The notes below the pieces were generated by a model that was given only the letters and a program-made list of their open reading frames with translations, made no database searches and was not told where the DNA came from. From Microcoleus sp. (GTDB lineage: Bacteria; Cyanobacteriota; Cyanobacteriia; Cyanobacteriales; Microcoleaceae), in NCBI GenBank assembly GCA_042408215.1, contig JAYFMW010000028.1:192001-256000 (forward strand): 64,000 bases of DNA. The letters run 5' to 3'. The position numbers were made by a program, and so were the translations under genes. Positions 29,163 through 38,089 of this stretch are shown one piece after another (positions within the stretch are counted from its first letter, which is position 1; every line of letters begins with the position of its first letter).

Positions 29163-29934
29163 TTATAAAATTTCCTTCGTAGTCAGGACTTTAGTCCTTA
29201 ATTCACTGCGATGATAATCGCCGCGAGAGAGATGTTTTTCCAGCCAGACATACAATACAATAAACAAATACCGGCTTCCCATCTCTTTAATTTTCAGCTT
29301 GGAAATACCAGCAGTCCGATTGTACCACCTTAGAGGAATCACATCATAGGAAAAACCCCTAACAATTGCTTTGAGAGGCAAGTTCGACAGTTAAATTAAA
29401 GTGATGGCTCAAAATCGGCTGCACTCCATCAATCACTTCTTTGCGATAAATCTTAAAAGCATTGGTGACATCGTTGTAACGCAATCCGAAAATACTTTTG
29501 ACAAACCAATTTGCCAAGCGGTTAATTGCTAGTTTGTGAATTGGATAGTCAACGACAAAGCCGCCTTTGATAAATCGGGAACCAAAAACGCAGTCATATC
29601 CTGCTTGTAACTGGCGATATCCTGCTACCAAATCCATCGGATCGTCGGAAGCATCCGCCATCACAATGGCGACAGCATCGCCTTCAAATTCTGCCAATCC
29701 CCGGCGCACAGCAAATCCGAAACCGTTGGGTGGTTGATTGTTGATGTATCTAACTGTGGGAAAAGTCTCTGATAATTCTTGGCAAATATTCAGAGTGCGA
29801 TCGACACTATTGTCATTCACAATCAGAATTTCGTGCTCAATGGCTTCTAAATCGAGCATATTGGCGATCGCCCGCACAGTACCTTCCAAACAGCCCTCTT
29901 CGTTGTGAGCTGGTATCACTACAGAAATCTTCAC
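29163..29934 (-). pseudogene. GT2 (DPM1-like) glycosyltransferase split by a 1-nt frameshift near 29382
   Basis: ..HHFNLTVE-L continues in another frame as LPLKAIVRGFSY..SKLKIKEMGSRY; removing one base from GAACTTGCCT restores one ORF. Confidence 0.8.
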
Positions 29935-31661
29935 TCCTCATCCTCCACTGTTACCCTAGCGCCGCCGCGCAACTTAACAAATTGGTTGTCCACAGGATTA
30001 TACACCCAAGCTTTTATTTCAGTTTGGGCGATCGGCAAATTCTTCGCCGAAAAATCAACAGCCCACCTTGCATTATTGTAAACCTGAGACTTCAAAGTCT
30101 TAGCAATGTCACCACTGTCTAAATTCACATAAGCGTTAGCAAAAAAAGATTTTTTGTCCCCGACAGATAGCAGTATAATATTAGGCTGTGGCAAAGTTTC
30201 CGGTAACACAGCCCATCCCGTAGCTTTTCTAGCATTATTTGGGTTAATTGTCAAGGATTTATCGACAATTTGTAGTTCATCAAAATAGCCGTAAACTTTC
30301 CCAGGATTAGCAACAAATTCTACATTTTTCGCCAACTTTCGCCAACCTATTTTATCAATAATTAGCGCCCCTTCTCTCACCAGCCAAGTTTTTTTGCTCA
30401 GCACCCTCAAACAGCTTTGCGGCGAAGTCTTGAAAAAATCCGACGGTTCCAGATAGTTAATCAACTCCAAACAATCTTTGCCACCTTGTTTGTAAGGAAG
30501 TGCAGCTTGAGATTGGGCTATAGCCTGTCCAGAGTTAACAATAATTATCCCAATTAACAACCCACATAACACCCGATAAACTAATTTGTAGTTGCGATTT
30601 ATCGCCGCAATCTTTCCTCTAACAAACAATTGCCCAAGCTGAACCAAAGCAATTAGCAACAAAATCGAATTAGTCGTATATCGCGACGATTCGATAGCCT
30701 GAATTGCCCCAAATTGCGCCCTCCCAGCCGTAATAAACAGAGCCGATAACACTGCAAACAAACCTATGGACAGCCAAGGTATAGCCTCGTGATGCTCATT
30801 CATCTTTCTTCCAAAGTGGAATGCCAAAAATAAGAAAGTTGCAAATATTGCCAATCCAACTAATGCGGAAATTCCAGGCGATCGCACAATTGGCGAACCC
30901 AACAAACTCAAAAAGTAATCAATTACCACAAGGGGCTTATTCAGCAATAAAATAATACTTGTTTTCCGACTGGGATGATAATCTATTGAGTAAACAGCAC
31001 AAGTTGCCACAAACAGCAACATCCATACAATAAGTCTTTTTCTTTTCTGTGCCACATTTCCTTCTAAAGCCACCACAGCCGGAATCGCAGCCAACCAAGA
31101 CAGCAACCCTTGAGCCAGGGAAAAACTCGCAATAAAGCAGAAGACAGCAGCAATAGACATTCTAATATCAGGCAATAATTTGTGATTTGAAACCAGCGCA
31201 TAAACAGCAGCTACAAAACACAAATTGACTAAAAACCAAGCCAATTGAAATCCCCACAGCCAGTTTTCATGCTGAACCAGGGAACACAGCAAAATACAAG
31301 TTAAAATATTAGCTAAATGCCACAAATCATCGCCGACATTCTTAAATTGCATCGAGGCTAACTTGTAAGTAGCAATAAAAGTGATGACAGCCAAACCAAT
31401 GCTGAGACACAACTGATAATTAATATTCCATCGGGAAACAAAAGCCAGAACCGCAATAATGATTTTTGGGAACACTATCCGGTGGTTGCTATGCAAAGCC
31501 CAAAAATCGTTAAAAGTTACATTTCCCGCAGCTATTTTTTCAAAAAGACTAGCTAACCTCCACTCGTCATCGATGGGAACGTTAACGCTAAAATTCGCGA
31601 CAAATCCGATTAACAAGACGACAGGAATTAGATATAGAGTAAATAATAGGATTTTTTTCAT
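29931..31661 (-). CDS. Polytopic membrane protein, putative GT-C/glycan modification
   Basis: VPIDDEW..HSNHRI loop, ENWLWGFQ, GRAQFG..SSRY; 4-bp overlap with the GT2 gene. Confidence 0.6.
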   Translation of the reverse strand: MKKILLFTLYLIPVVLLIGFVANFSVNVPIDDEWRLASLFEKIAAGNVTFNDFWALHSNHRIVFPKIIIAVLAFVSRWNINYQLCLSIGLAVITFIATYKLASMQFKNVGDDLWHLANILTCILLCSLVQHENWLWGFQLAWFLVNLCFVAAVYALVSNHKLLPDIRMSIAAVFCFIASFSLAQGLLSWLAAIPAVVALEGNVAQKRKRLIVWMLLFVATCAVYSIDYHPSRKTSIILLLNKPLVVIDYFLSLLGSPIVRSPGISALVGLAIFATFLFLAFHFGRKMNEHHEAIPWLSIGLFAVLSALFITAGRAQFGAIQAIESSRYTTNSILLLIALVQLGQLFVRGKIAAINRNYKLVYRVLCGLLIGIIIVNSGQAIAQSQAALPYKQGGKDCLELINYLEPSDFFKTSPQSCLRVLSKKTWLVREGALIIDKIGWRKLAKNVEFVANPGKVYGYFDELQIVDKSLTINPNNARKATGWAVLPETLPQPNIILLSVGDKKSFFANAYVNLDSGDIAKTLKSQVYNNARWAVDFSAKNLPIAQTEIKAWVYNPVDNQFVKLRGGARVTVEDEE

Positions 31662-31679
31662 GAATGTGCGATCGACAGA

Positions 31680-31796
31680 ATAGCCAGATCCCCCCTAACC
31701 CCCATAGCCAGATCCCCCCTAACCCCCCGCGAGTTCGGGGGGGAAAAGAGGTATTCTCAAAGTCCCCCTTATTAAGGGGGATTTAGGGGGATCGAG
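31680..31796. repeat. GATCCCCCCTAACCCCC / CCCCCTTATTAAGGGGGATTTAGGGGGATC palindromic repeat doublet
   Basis: Same family lies inside the 28923 MITE and in the 110-bp array. Confidence 0.8.
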
Positions 31797-31813
31797 ATTC
31801 GCCTCGACTCAAC

Positions 31814-33820
31814 CTACTTAACAGTCTTGAACGTATCCAATTTGCCAGTAAACCGATTGATAAACATCTGCAAAACAGTCCGCTTACCGATATTGATATT
31901 AGAACTCACGGACATTCCAGACTGCAAATTAACCTCCAGTTGATTGGGCTTGTTCTTATTCAAAACAAACTTTTGATTCTTGAGCTTAATTGTGGTTTTA
32001 AAAGCGTAGTATTTCCGCAGTTCAGTCGGAGCCACAGCATCGCTGCTAATCTCTTTCACTTCACCTTCAGCAGTACCAAATTCCATCGCCGGGAAAGCTT
32101 CTACATTCACTTCCACAGGTACGCAGTCGTAGTGCGTTAAACCCAGTTTCTCTCTGTTAATTTCCTTCTCAGGACACACACAACTTTTACCTTTTTCGCA
32201 GTCAATCTTTTCTCCATCTAATTGTTTGCCGTGATACGGCTCCAATTTTTCCCGCTTCTTCCTCAAAGCATCCAATACGAGAGCCACGTTGCTGTTTTCA
32301 AGGTAAACAATTGCTTGCAAACCATTTTCGTCATCCAAAACCTTGAGCAGCTTCTCGGTTTGCTGCGCTTCATAATAAGCCTCTTCGCAGCGTTGGGGAC
32401 GCGGTTCCCCTGGCTTTAGCACCGAGTTAATAATGGATTGGCAGATCGGATCTTTCGCCATATCCAACTTAGCTTTCTCCTTCGTAGAAGGTTTCAAATC
32501 AAAAATAACGCCGGATACTGGAGACTTCATAACTTGAGTGTTGCGGTTTTCTTGCGCCTTTTCTAGCTGAGCATTTACTTCGGACAGTTTTTTCAGGTTT
32601 TCCACTTTAAAGCGGCTGAGCTGAGAATCGCTGCTGGCAATTTGTTTCTGGTTTTCAGCAATTTTAGTATAAAGTTCTTTTGCCCAGGAATCCTTAGTGT
32701 TTTTCAACTGTTCCTGGGCGCGCTTAATCGACTCCTGAATGCGGGCTTGCTCTCCTTGCTGGCGTTGCACTTCCGCTGTAATTTTTTGAATATCACCTTC
32801 GCGCGCATTAATTTCGCCTCGGCGTGTATTTATCTCACCTCGGCGCGTGTTAATTTCACCCAGCCGCCCATTGATTTCGCCTTCGCGCTGTTTGATTTGA
32901 TCTTGCTGTTTCAGAACTTCGCTTTGGCCTCGGAAAACGTCTTGTTCCTGTTTTTCTTTTTGCAGTTCAGCGATGGCTCCAGCCTCCACCAGTGGGACGA
33001 GTCTGCTCAAAATGCCTTGATTCGACTTCAACACCTGTTGGGACTTAGTTAACTGTTCGTCAGCCAATTGTTTCTGAGCCACGGCAGATTTTACTTGCTC
33101 TTGCGAAGAAGCTAACTGCTGCTGAGCATAATTTAATTGGTTCTGAGCAAAACCCAATTGCTGCTGGGCTACTGTCATTTGATTTCCGGCCGCTTTCTCA
33201 GCATCCTCAGCTTGCTTCAGTTGTTTTTCCAACTCCTGAACTTGTCCTTGGGCTGCGGCTACACGAGACAGAAATTCCGATCGATAATTAACATAAAGCC
33301 CTTGCTGAGCTGCATCAAAATTTCCGCTCGCTCCCCGGTTGAGGTACAGTTCGTCAATCAAAGCTTGCAGCACTTGATTTTGTGCCGCCAGGCTCTGTCT
33401 GTCTTTGATGGTTGATTCTAGGTTAGAAGGAATAGGGCCTTGAATTTTGCCACTCACAACATCTTCGTAAAATTTATTTTCTTTTTCCAGGGCCTCTTTA
33501 GTTTTCTTAATAGAAGTTAAATCAGCACTGGATGCAACGGGGTTAAAAGTGAGGAGAGGCTGGCCTTTTTTCACCCGATCGCCATTTTCGACGTGAACTC
33601 TCACCACCGCACCCGTAGCAGGCGCTTGGATGTCTCTAGCACCATCTTTTAGTTCCAATTGGCCGACTGCGGGGACAGCTTGTTCGATGCTAGCAAAATA
33701 CGCCCAAACCACAGCAGAAGTGGTCATCAACATGATCATCCACAAAAACAAGTGCGACCAAATCGCTGGTTTTTCTAGAATGACTGGTTGTTCTGAAAGT
33801 ATGATCGATTTCATTGCCAT
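31814..33820 (-). CDS. hlyD: HlyD-family membrane fusion protein
   Basis: N-terminal TM, lipoyl-like half motif IQAPATGAVVRVHVENGDRVKKGQPL, long coiled coil, SPVSGVI, LQSGMSV. Confidence 0.9.
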   Translation of the reverse strand: MAMKSIILSEQPVILEKPAIWSHLFLWMIMLMTTSAVVWAYFASIEQAVPAVGQLELKDGARDIQAPATGAVVRVHVENGDRVKKGQPLLTFNPVASSADLTSIKKTKEALEKENKFYEDVVSGKIQGPIPSNLESTIKDRQSLAAQNQVLQALIDELYLNRGASGNFDAAQQGLYVNYRSEFLSRVAAAQGQVQELEKQLKQAEDAEKAAGNQMTVAQQQLGFAQNQLNYAQQQLASSQEQVKSAVAQKQLADEQLTKSQQVLKSNQGILSRLVPLVEAGAIAELQKEKQEQDVFRGQSEVLKQQDQIKQREGEINGRLGEINTRRGEINTRRGEINAREGDIQKITAEVQRQQGEQARIQESIKRAQEQLKNTKDSWAKELYTKIAENQKQIASSDSQLSRFKVENLKKLSEVNAQLEKAQENRNTQVMKSPVSGVIFDLKPSTKEKAKLDMAKDPICQSIINSVLKPGEPRPQRCEEAYYEAQQTEKLLKVLDDENGLQAIVYLENSNVALVLDALRKKREKLEPYHGKQLDGEKIDCEKGKSCVCPEKEINREKLGLTHYDCVPVEVNVEAFPAMEFGTAEGEVKEISSDAVAPTELRKYYAFKTTIKLKNQKFVLNKNKPNQLEVNLQSGMSVSSNINIGKRTVLQMFINRFTGKLDTFKTVK

Positions 33821-33827
33821 ATGTTTA

Positions 33828-34067
33828 GTTGTTATTTGTTAGTTGTTATTTGGGCATTGGGCATTGGGCATTGGGCATTGGGCATTGGGCATTGGGCATT
33901 GGTGATTTTAAATTACTGTTTGTGATGATTTTTGAGGGATTACCGATTACCGATTACCGATTACCAATTACCAATTACCAATTACCAATTACCCATTCCC
34001 CATTCCCCATTCCCCATTCCCCATTCCCCATTCCCCATGACCAATTCCCCATGACCAATTCCCCATG
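33828..34067. repeat. STRR runs (GGGCATT, ATTACCG/ATTACCA, ATTCCCC)
   Basis: Directly visible. Confidence 0.9.
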
Positions 34068-34068
34068 A

Positions 34069-37000
34069 TTAGGTGTTCGATGCCTCTTGTTGTTGGAAGA
34101 GGCAATAGTAACGTCCTTTAAGACCCATTAATTCTTTATGAGTTCCCTGCTCGACGACAGCACCTTGATCCATCATAATAATCACATCAGCATTTTGGAT
34201 GGTAGTTAGGCGGTGAGTAATGAAAAACACCGTGCGACCGGCGAAAGCTTCTGCTAAGTTATTACAAACTTGGCGTTCTGAATGATAGTCGAGCGCGCTT
34301 GTAGCTTCGTCCAAAATCAGCAGTTTCGGGTTTTGCAAAATTGTCCGGGCGATCGCCAAACGCTGCCTTTGACCCCCAGAAAGCGAAGATCCCCGCTCTC
34401 CCACTATCGTATTATAGCCAGCAGGTAAGCCCATAATAAAATCGTGAGCCACCGCTAGTTTGGCAGCTCGGACAATCTCATCCGTGCTCGCATCGGGATT
34501 GCTCAGAGCAATATTTTCCTGCACCGTACAGTTAAACAGCAAAGTATCTTGCAGCACCACCCCAAGTTGGCTGCGGAGCGAATACAATTCCACCTTAGCA
34601 ATGTCATATCCGTCAATAAAAATCCGACCAGACAGCGGGGGATAAAGACGCTGCAACAGCTTCATCGCTGTACTCTTACCGGAACCGCTTCCCCCCACAA
34701 TTCCCACAAAACTACCAGCCGCAAATTCTAAATTCACATTAGCCAATTGCAGTGACCCGCTCTCCAGGAATCGGAAGGAAACCTCCTCATATGTCACCTG
34801 GCCTTGAATTGCCGGCATCGGGATGTTGCTGCGGTCTTCATCGCTGGTTTCTGTCGGCGTATCGACCACATCCTTAAGCATATCGATCGACATTGACACT
34901 TCTTGGAAACTCTGCCACACGCTCACAAACCTGAGCAGCGAACCTGTCACGTTCCCCGAAATAATTCGGAAAGCAATTAACTGACCCAAAGTAATCTGAT
35001 TTCCCAGTACCAAATAAGCTCCCACCCACAACTGAGCTAAGTTACCCACCTGGTTTAAAAAGCTACTAATCGTCCCGGCCGTAGTCCCCGTAATAATAGT
35101 TTTAAAACTCGCCGTAATGTATTTAGCATAGCGGCTAGACCACTCCCAGCGGGATTTCAATTCAATATTTTGAGCCTTAACAGTTTGAATCCCGCTGACT
35201 ACTTCAACTAAATAAGATTGAGAGTCAGCAAAACGCATATTTCTTTGTTTAATCAGGCGCAGCACCAGGGGATTTATCAGGACGATCATCAAGGCAAGTA
35301 TCGGTACAACTGCCAAAGATACGAAGGTTAGCGGCACGCTGTAGGAGAGCATCACGGCGACGTAAACCACCGAAAATACTGCATCGAGAACCACTGTCAG
35401 AGCTGTGCTGGTCATGAATTCCCGAATCTGGCCCATCATGCTGAATTTGTAGACCAAATCTCCCACGCGCCGATTGTCAAAGTAATTTTGGGGAAGTCGG
35501 AGCAAGTGGTCGATGACTTCTGCGCTCAATTTGACATCGATGCGGTTTGAAGTGTCTATAAACAAGAAGGTACGCAAACCGTTGAGCAGTCCTTCAAACA
35601 GGGCAACACCTAACAGAAACGCCCCCAAAACATCCAAGGTGTCAATGCTGCGCTGGCCTAATACTTTATCAATAATTACTTGGCTGATTAATGGGTTTGC
35701 CAGACCGAATAGCTGCACGAAAAACGAGGCTAACAACACCTCAATAAATACTGTCTTGTGTTCCATCAGCGCCGGCACAAACCACCAGAAGCTGAACTGC
35801 TCTTTTTGTTCAACTTGCGGGGCTTGCAGCAGCAGGACTTCTCCTACCTCGCCCCAGATTTCTTTAAACTGAGGTACGCGCTTTCGCATCAGCCCTTCTT
35901 CGGGGCTGGCCATCACCAATTCCTGCTCGGTAATGCTGTAAATAATGGCAAAGCCGTCTTTCCATTTAATCATTACCGGGGCTTTGATGCGGTTGATGGC
36001 TTCTGCTGGTACTTGGGCCAATTGAGGGGTGAGGCCGATGCTTTGGGCGATCGCACCGCAGGCTTGCATACTGATGGAACCAGCGGTTTTTAACTGATTT
36101 TCTAGAACTTTGCGGATGATATCTCGACGAAATTTGATGGCGAAATACTTGCTCAACATCTGGAAGCAAGCTAGCGGCCCGTCTATTGGCCCTCTGCTTC
36201 GGAAAACTGGGTATCTACCGCTATCCTTTGGTTGGTTGGATGTCGGTTCTGGGGGACGCTCTGGGGCGATGGGTACATCGTTAAAGCTGATGGGCGGCTT
36301 TTTCCCTAAACCGACCGTTGCTGTCTCTGTCGAGCCATTTAGTGGATCTGGTAGCTCTGGTTGTGATGCTGGGCCTTCCCGGAAGCCTACCAAGCGCGCG
36401 CCTCTGGGGCCTTCTACTTTTAAGGATTTGGCTTCGCCGTCAATTTGCAAGCGACTGCCGGTGGGAAAGTCGCCCAAGACGCCGCTGCTGACGAGCCAAA
36501 TTCGATCGCCCTCTAACTGTTTGGCGAGCTCTTGGGTTTTTTTCTGACCGTTTGGCAGGTTGACAACTGTCGCGTCTTGCCAAGCTTGCAGGGTGATTTC
36601 CTTGAGGTTGGAGGTGCCGTCGGCCTGGCGCTGCAATTCTAGGCTCAACAGTTCAAATACTTCGCTCAAGGAACAGTGGTCGCGAAATGCTTCTCCAAAT
36701 TTCGGCTGTTTTTCCAGTACGCTCAGGAAATCTTCGGCTGGTAGGACGATCGCAATCACATCTGTAGAGGCGATCGCAGTTTCGCAGGGAACCCCTCTGA
36801 GTAACCCAGCCCAGCCGAGAATTTCCTGGGACTGCACCAGGCGCAAACTTACGTGGCGCTGCGACCTCTGGTCAAAGCCCAGCATTCGGGCCTGACCTTC
36901 ATAGATAATTGCCACCTGAGTCGGCATTTTTTCCCGTTCAAACAGGGGTTGCCCCGTCCGATAACCTAAGAGTTGGCACTTCGCCACCAAAGCGGTGAGA

Positions 37001-37083
37001 GCCGTCTCTGAGAGTCGGTCAAAAGGGGGAGTTTGAGCCAGGAAATCCTGAATCTGGGATAGGGAAACAGCGGAAGAAGTCAT
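34069..37083 (-). CDS. hlyB: HlyB-type type I secretion ABC transporter (cNMP-binding + C39-like + TMD + NBD)
   Basis: GGSGSGKST, LSGGQRQR, ILDEATSALD; N-terminal cNMP-like domain. Confidence 0.92.
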   Translation of the reverse strand: MTSSAVSLSQIQDFLAQTPPFDRLSETALTALVAKCQLLGYRTGQPLFEREKMPTQVAIIYEGQARMLGFDQRSQRHVSLRLVQSQEILGWAGLLRGVPCETAIASTDVIAIVLPAEDFLSVLEKQPKFGEAFRDHCSLSEVFELLSLELQRQADGTSNLKEITLQAWQDATVVNLPNGQKKTQELAKQLEGDRIWLVSSGVLGDFPTGSRLQIDGEAKSLKVEGPRGARLVGFREGPASQPELPDPLNGSTETATVGLGKKPPISFNDVPIAPERPPEPTSNQPKDSGRYPVFRSRGPIDGPLACFQMLSKYFAIKFRRDIIRKVLENQLKTAGSISMQACGAIAQSIGLTPQLAQVPAEAINRIKAPVMIKWKDGFAIIYSITEQELVMASPEEGLMRKRVPQFKEIWGEVGEVLLLQAPQVEQKEQFSFWWFVPALMEHKTVFIEVLLASFFVQLFGLANPLISQVIIDKVLGQRSIDTLDVLGAFLLGVALFEGLLNGLRTFLFIDTSNRIDVKLSAEVIDHLLRLPQNYFDNRRVGDLVYKFSMMGQIREFMTSTALTVVLDAVFSVVYVAVMLSYSVPLTFVSLAVVPILALMIVLINPLVLRLIKQRNMRFADSQSYLVEVVSGIQTVKAQNIELKSRWEWSSRYAKYITASFKTIITGTTAGTISSFLNQVGNLAQLWVGAYLVLGNQITLGQLIAFRIISGNVTGSLLRFVSVWQSFQEVSMSIDMLKDVVDTPTETSDEDRSNIPMPAIQGQVTYEEVSFRFLESGSLQLANVNLEFAAGSFVGIVGGSGSGKSTAMKLLQRLYPPLSGRIFIDGYDIAKVELYSLRSQLGVVLQDTLLFNCTVQENIALSNPDASTDEIVRAAKLAVAHDFIMGLPAGYNTIVGERGSSLSGGQRQRLAIARTILQNPKLLILDEATSALDYHSERQVCNNLAEAFAGRTVFFITHRLTTIQNADVIIMMDQGAVVEQGTHKELMGLKGRYYCLFQQQEASNT

Positions 37084-37138
37084 CCGATTTTTGATTTTTG
37101 ATTTTTGATTTTAGATTGAAGAATTGAGTCCACAGCCT

Positions 37139-37891
37139 TTACCGTTCAATGGCAGACACGGAAGAGAGGGGCTGTAGCGGGCCTATTTTCGATATCTGTT
37201 CGGCTAGCCAGCTTTCAAAGAGTTCGTCAATCAAGTGCCTACGCATCGAGTCATCGAGCTGAGCTGGCATGAACTTTTCTAGTCGAATAATTACCATCCA
37301 TTCTGCCAGAGGACGTGGCGTCCAGAGTTGATTTGGTTGGCTGACTGACAAAAGTTTACTGATTGCTGGGTGCGGCTGGCTGAGGGGTACTGGGCCCAAC
37401 AAGCCACCGGACTTGGACTCTGGGCCTTCGGAAAAGTCGCGGGCCACTTCGGCAAAGCTTTGTTCGCCTTCGAGGATGCGAAAGTAAAGCTCGTTGGCTA
37501 GTGCTGGATTTTTAGTGCGAACCAGGGAATAGACTACGTGGTCTAGGCTGGCCTTGCGGGTTAAAAAATAGTTATCTACTTTATGTCTCCAAGTGGCTTG
37601 CTTAAATTTTTCGATCAGCAAGGGCCTGACGGCCATCTCTTGAAGTTCTTCTACGGTCATATTCTGGCTACGCAGCCAAGCTTCTCTGGCTTCAGGGGCT
37701 GTCAGTTGGTACTGGGCGAGAAAGTTTTCGACGGCGGATTGTCGTTCTTCGTCGTTGCAACTAAAGGATGCGATCGCTTGGTCTACGATTACACCCCGCA
37801 AAAATTGTGGCATCAACTGATACCGCTTCAGGAGCGATGGCATATCCTGAGCTTGCAGTAATTTATCCCCGATCTGAAAAAGTCCTGTCAT
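37139..37891 (-). CDS. PpiC/parvulin-type peptidyl-prolyl isomerase
   Basis: FAEVARDFSEGPESKSGGLLGP; position upstream of hlyB. Confidence 0.9.
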   Translation of the reverse strand: MTGLFQIGDKLLQAQDMPSLLKRYQLMPQFLRGVIVDQAIASFSCNDEERQSAVENFLAQYQLTAPEAREAWLRSQNMTVEELQEMAVRPLLIEKFKQATWRHKVDNYFLTRKASLDHVVYSLVRTKNPALANELYFRILEGEQSFAEVARDFSEGPESKSGGLLGPVPLSQPHPAISKLLSVSQPNQLWTPRPLAEWMVIIRLEKFMPAQLDDSMRRHLIDELFESWLAEQISKIGPLQPLSSVSAIER

Positions 37892-38089
37892 TTTTGTATC
37901 TCCAACTGACTTGCGCTTCCCCTTTTAATCTAACTGTGGTAGGAAAAGAGCGACAACCTCTAACACCTAGATTTTCCGATGATAGCAGACGCGCTTGCCG
38001 ACAAGCGCTGTTGCCGTCTATTTCCTGACGCTCTGCCTTCCCAGGGGTTCCCCGGTTTATTCTTCTAACTAATGACTAATCACCAATGA

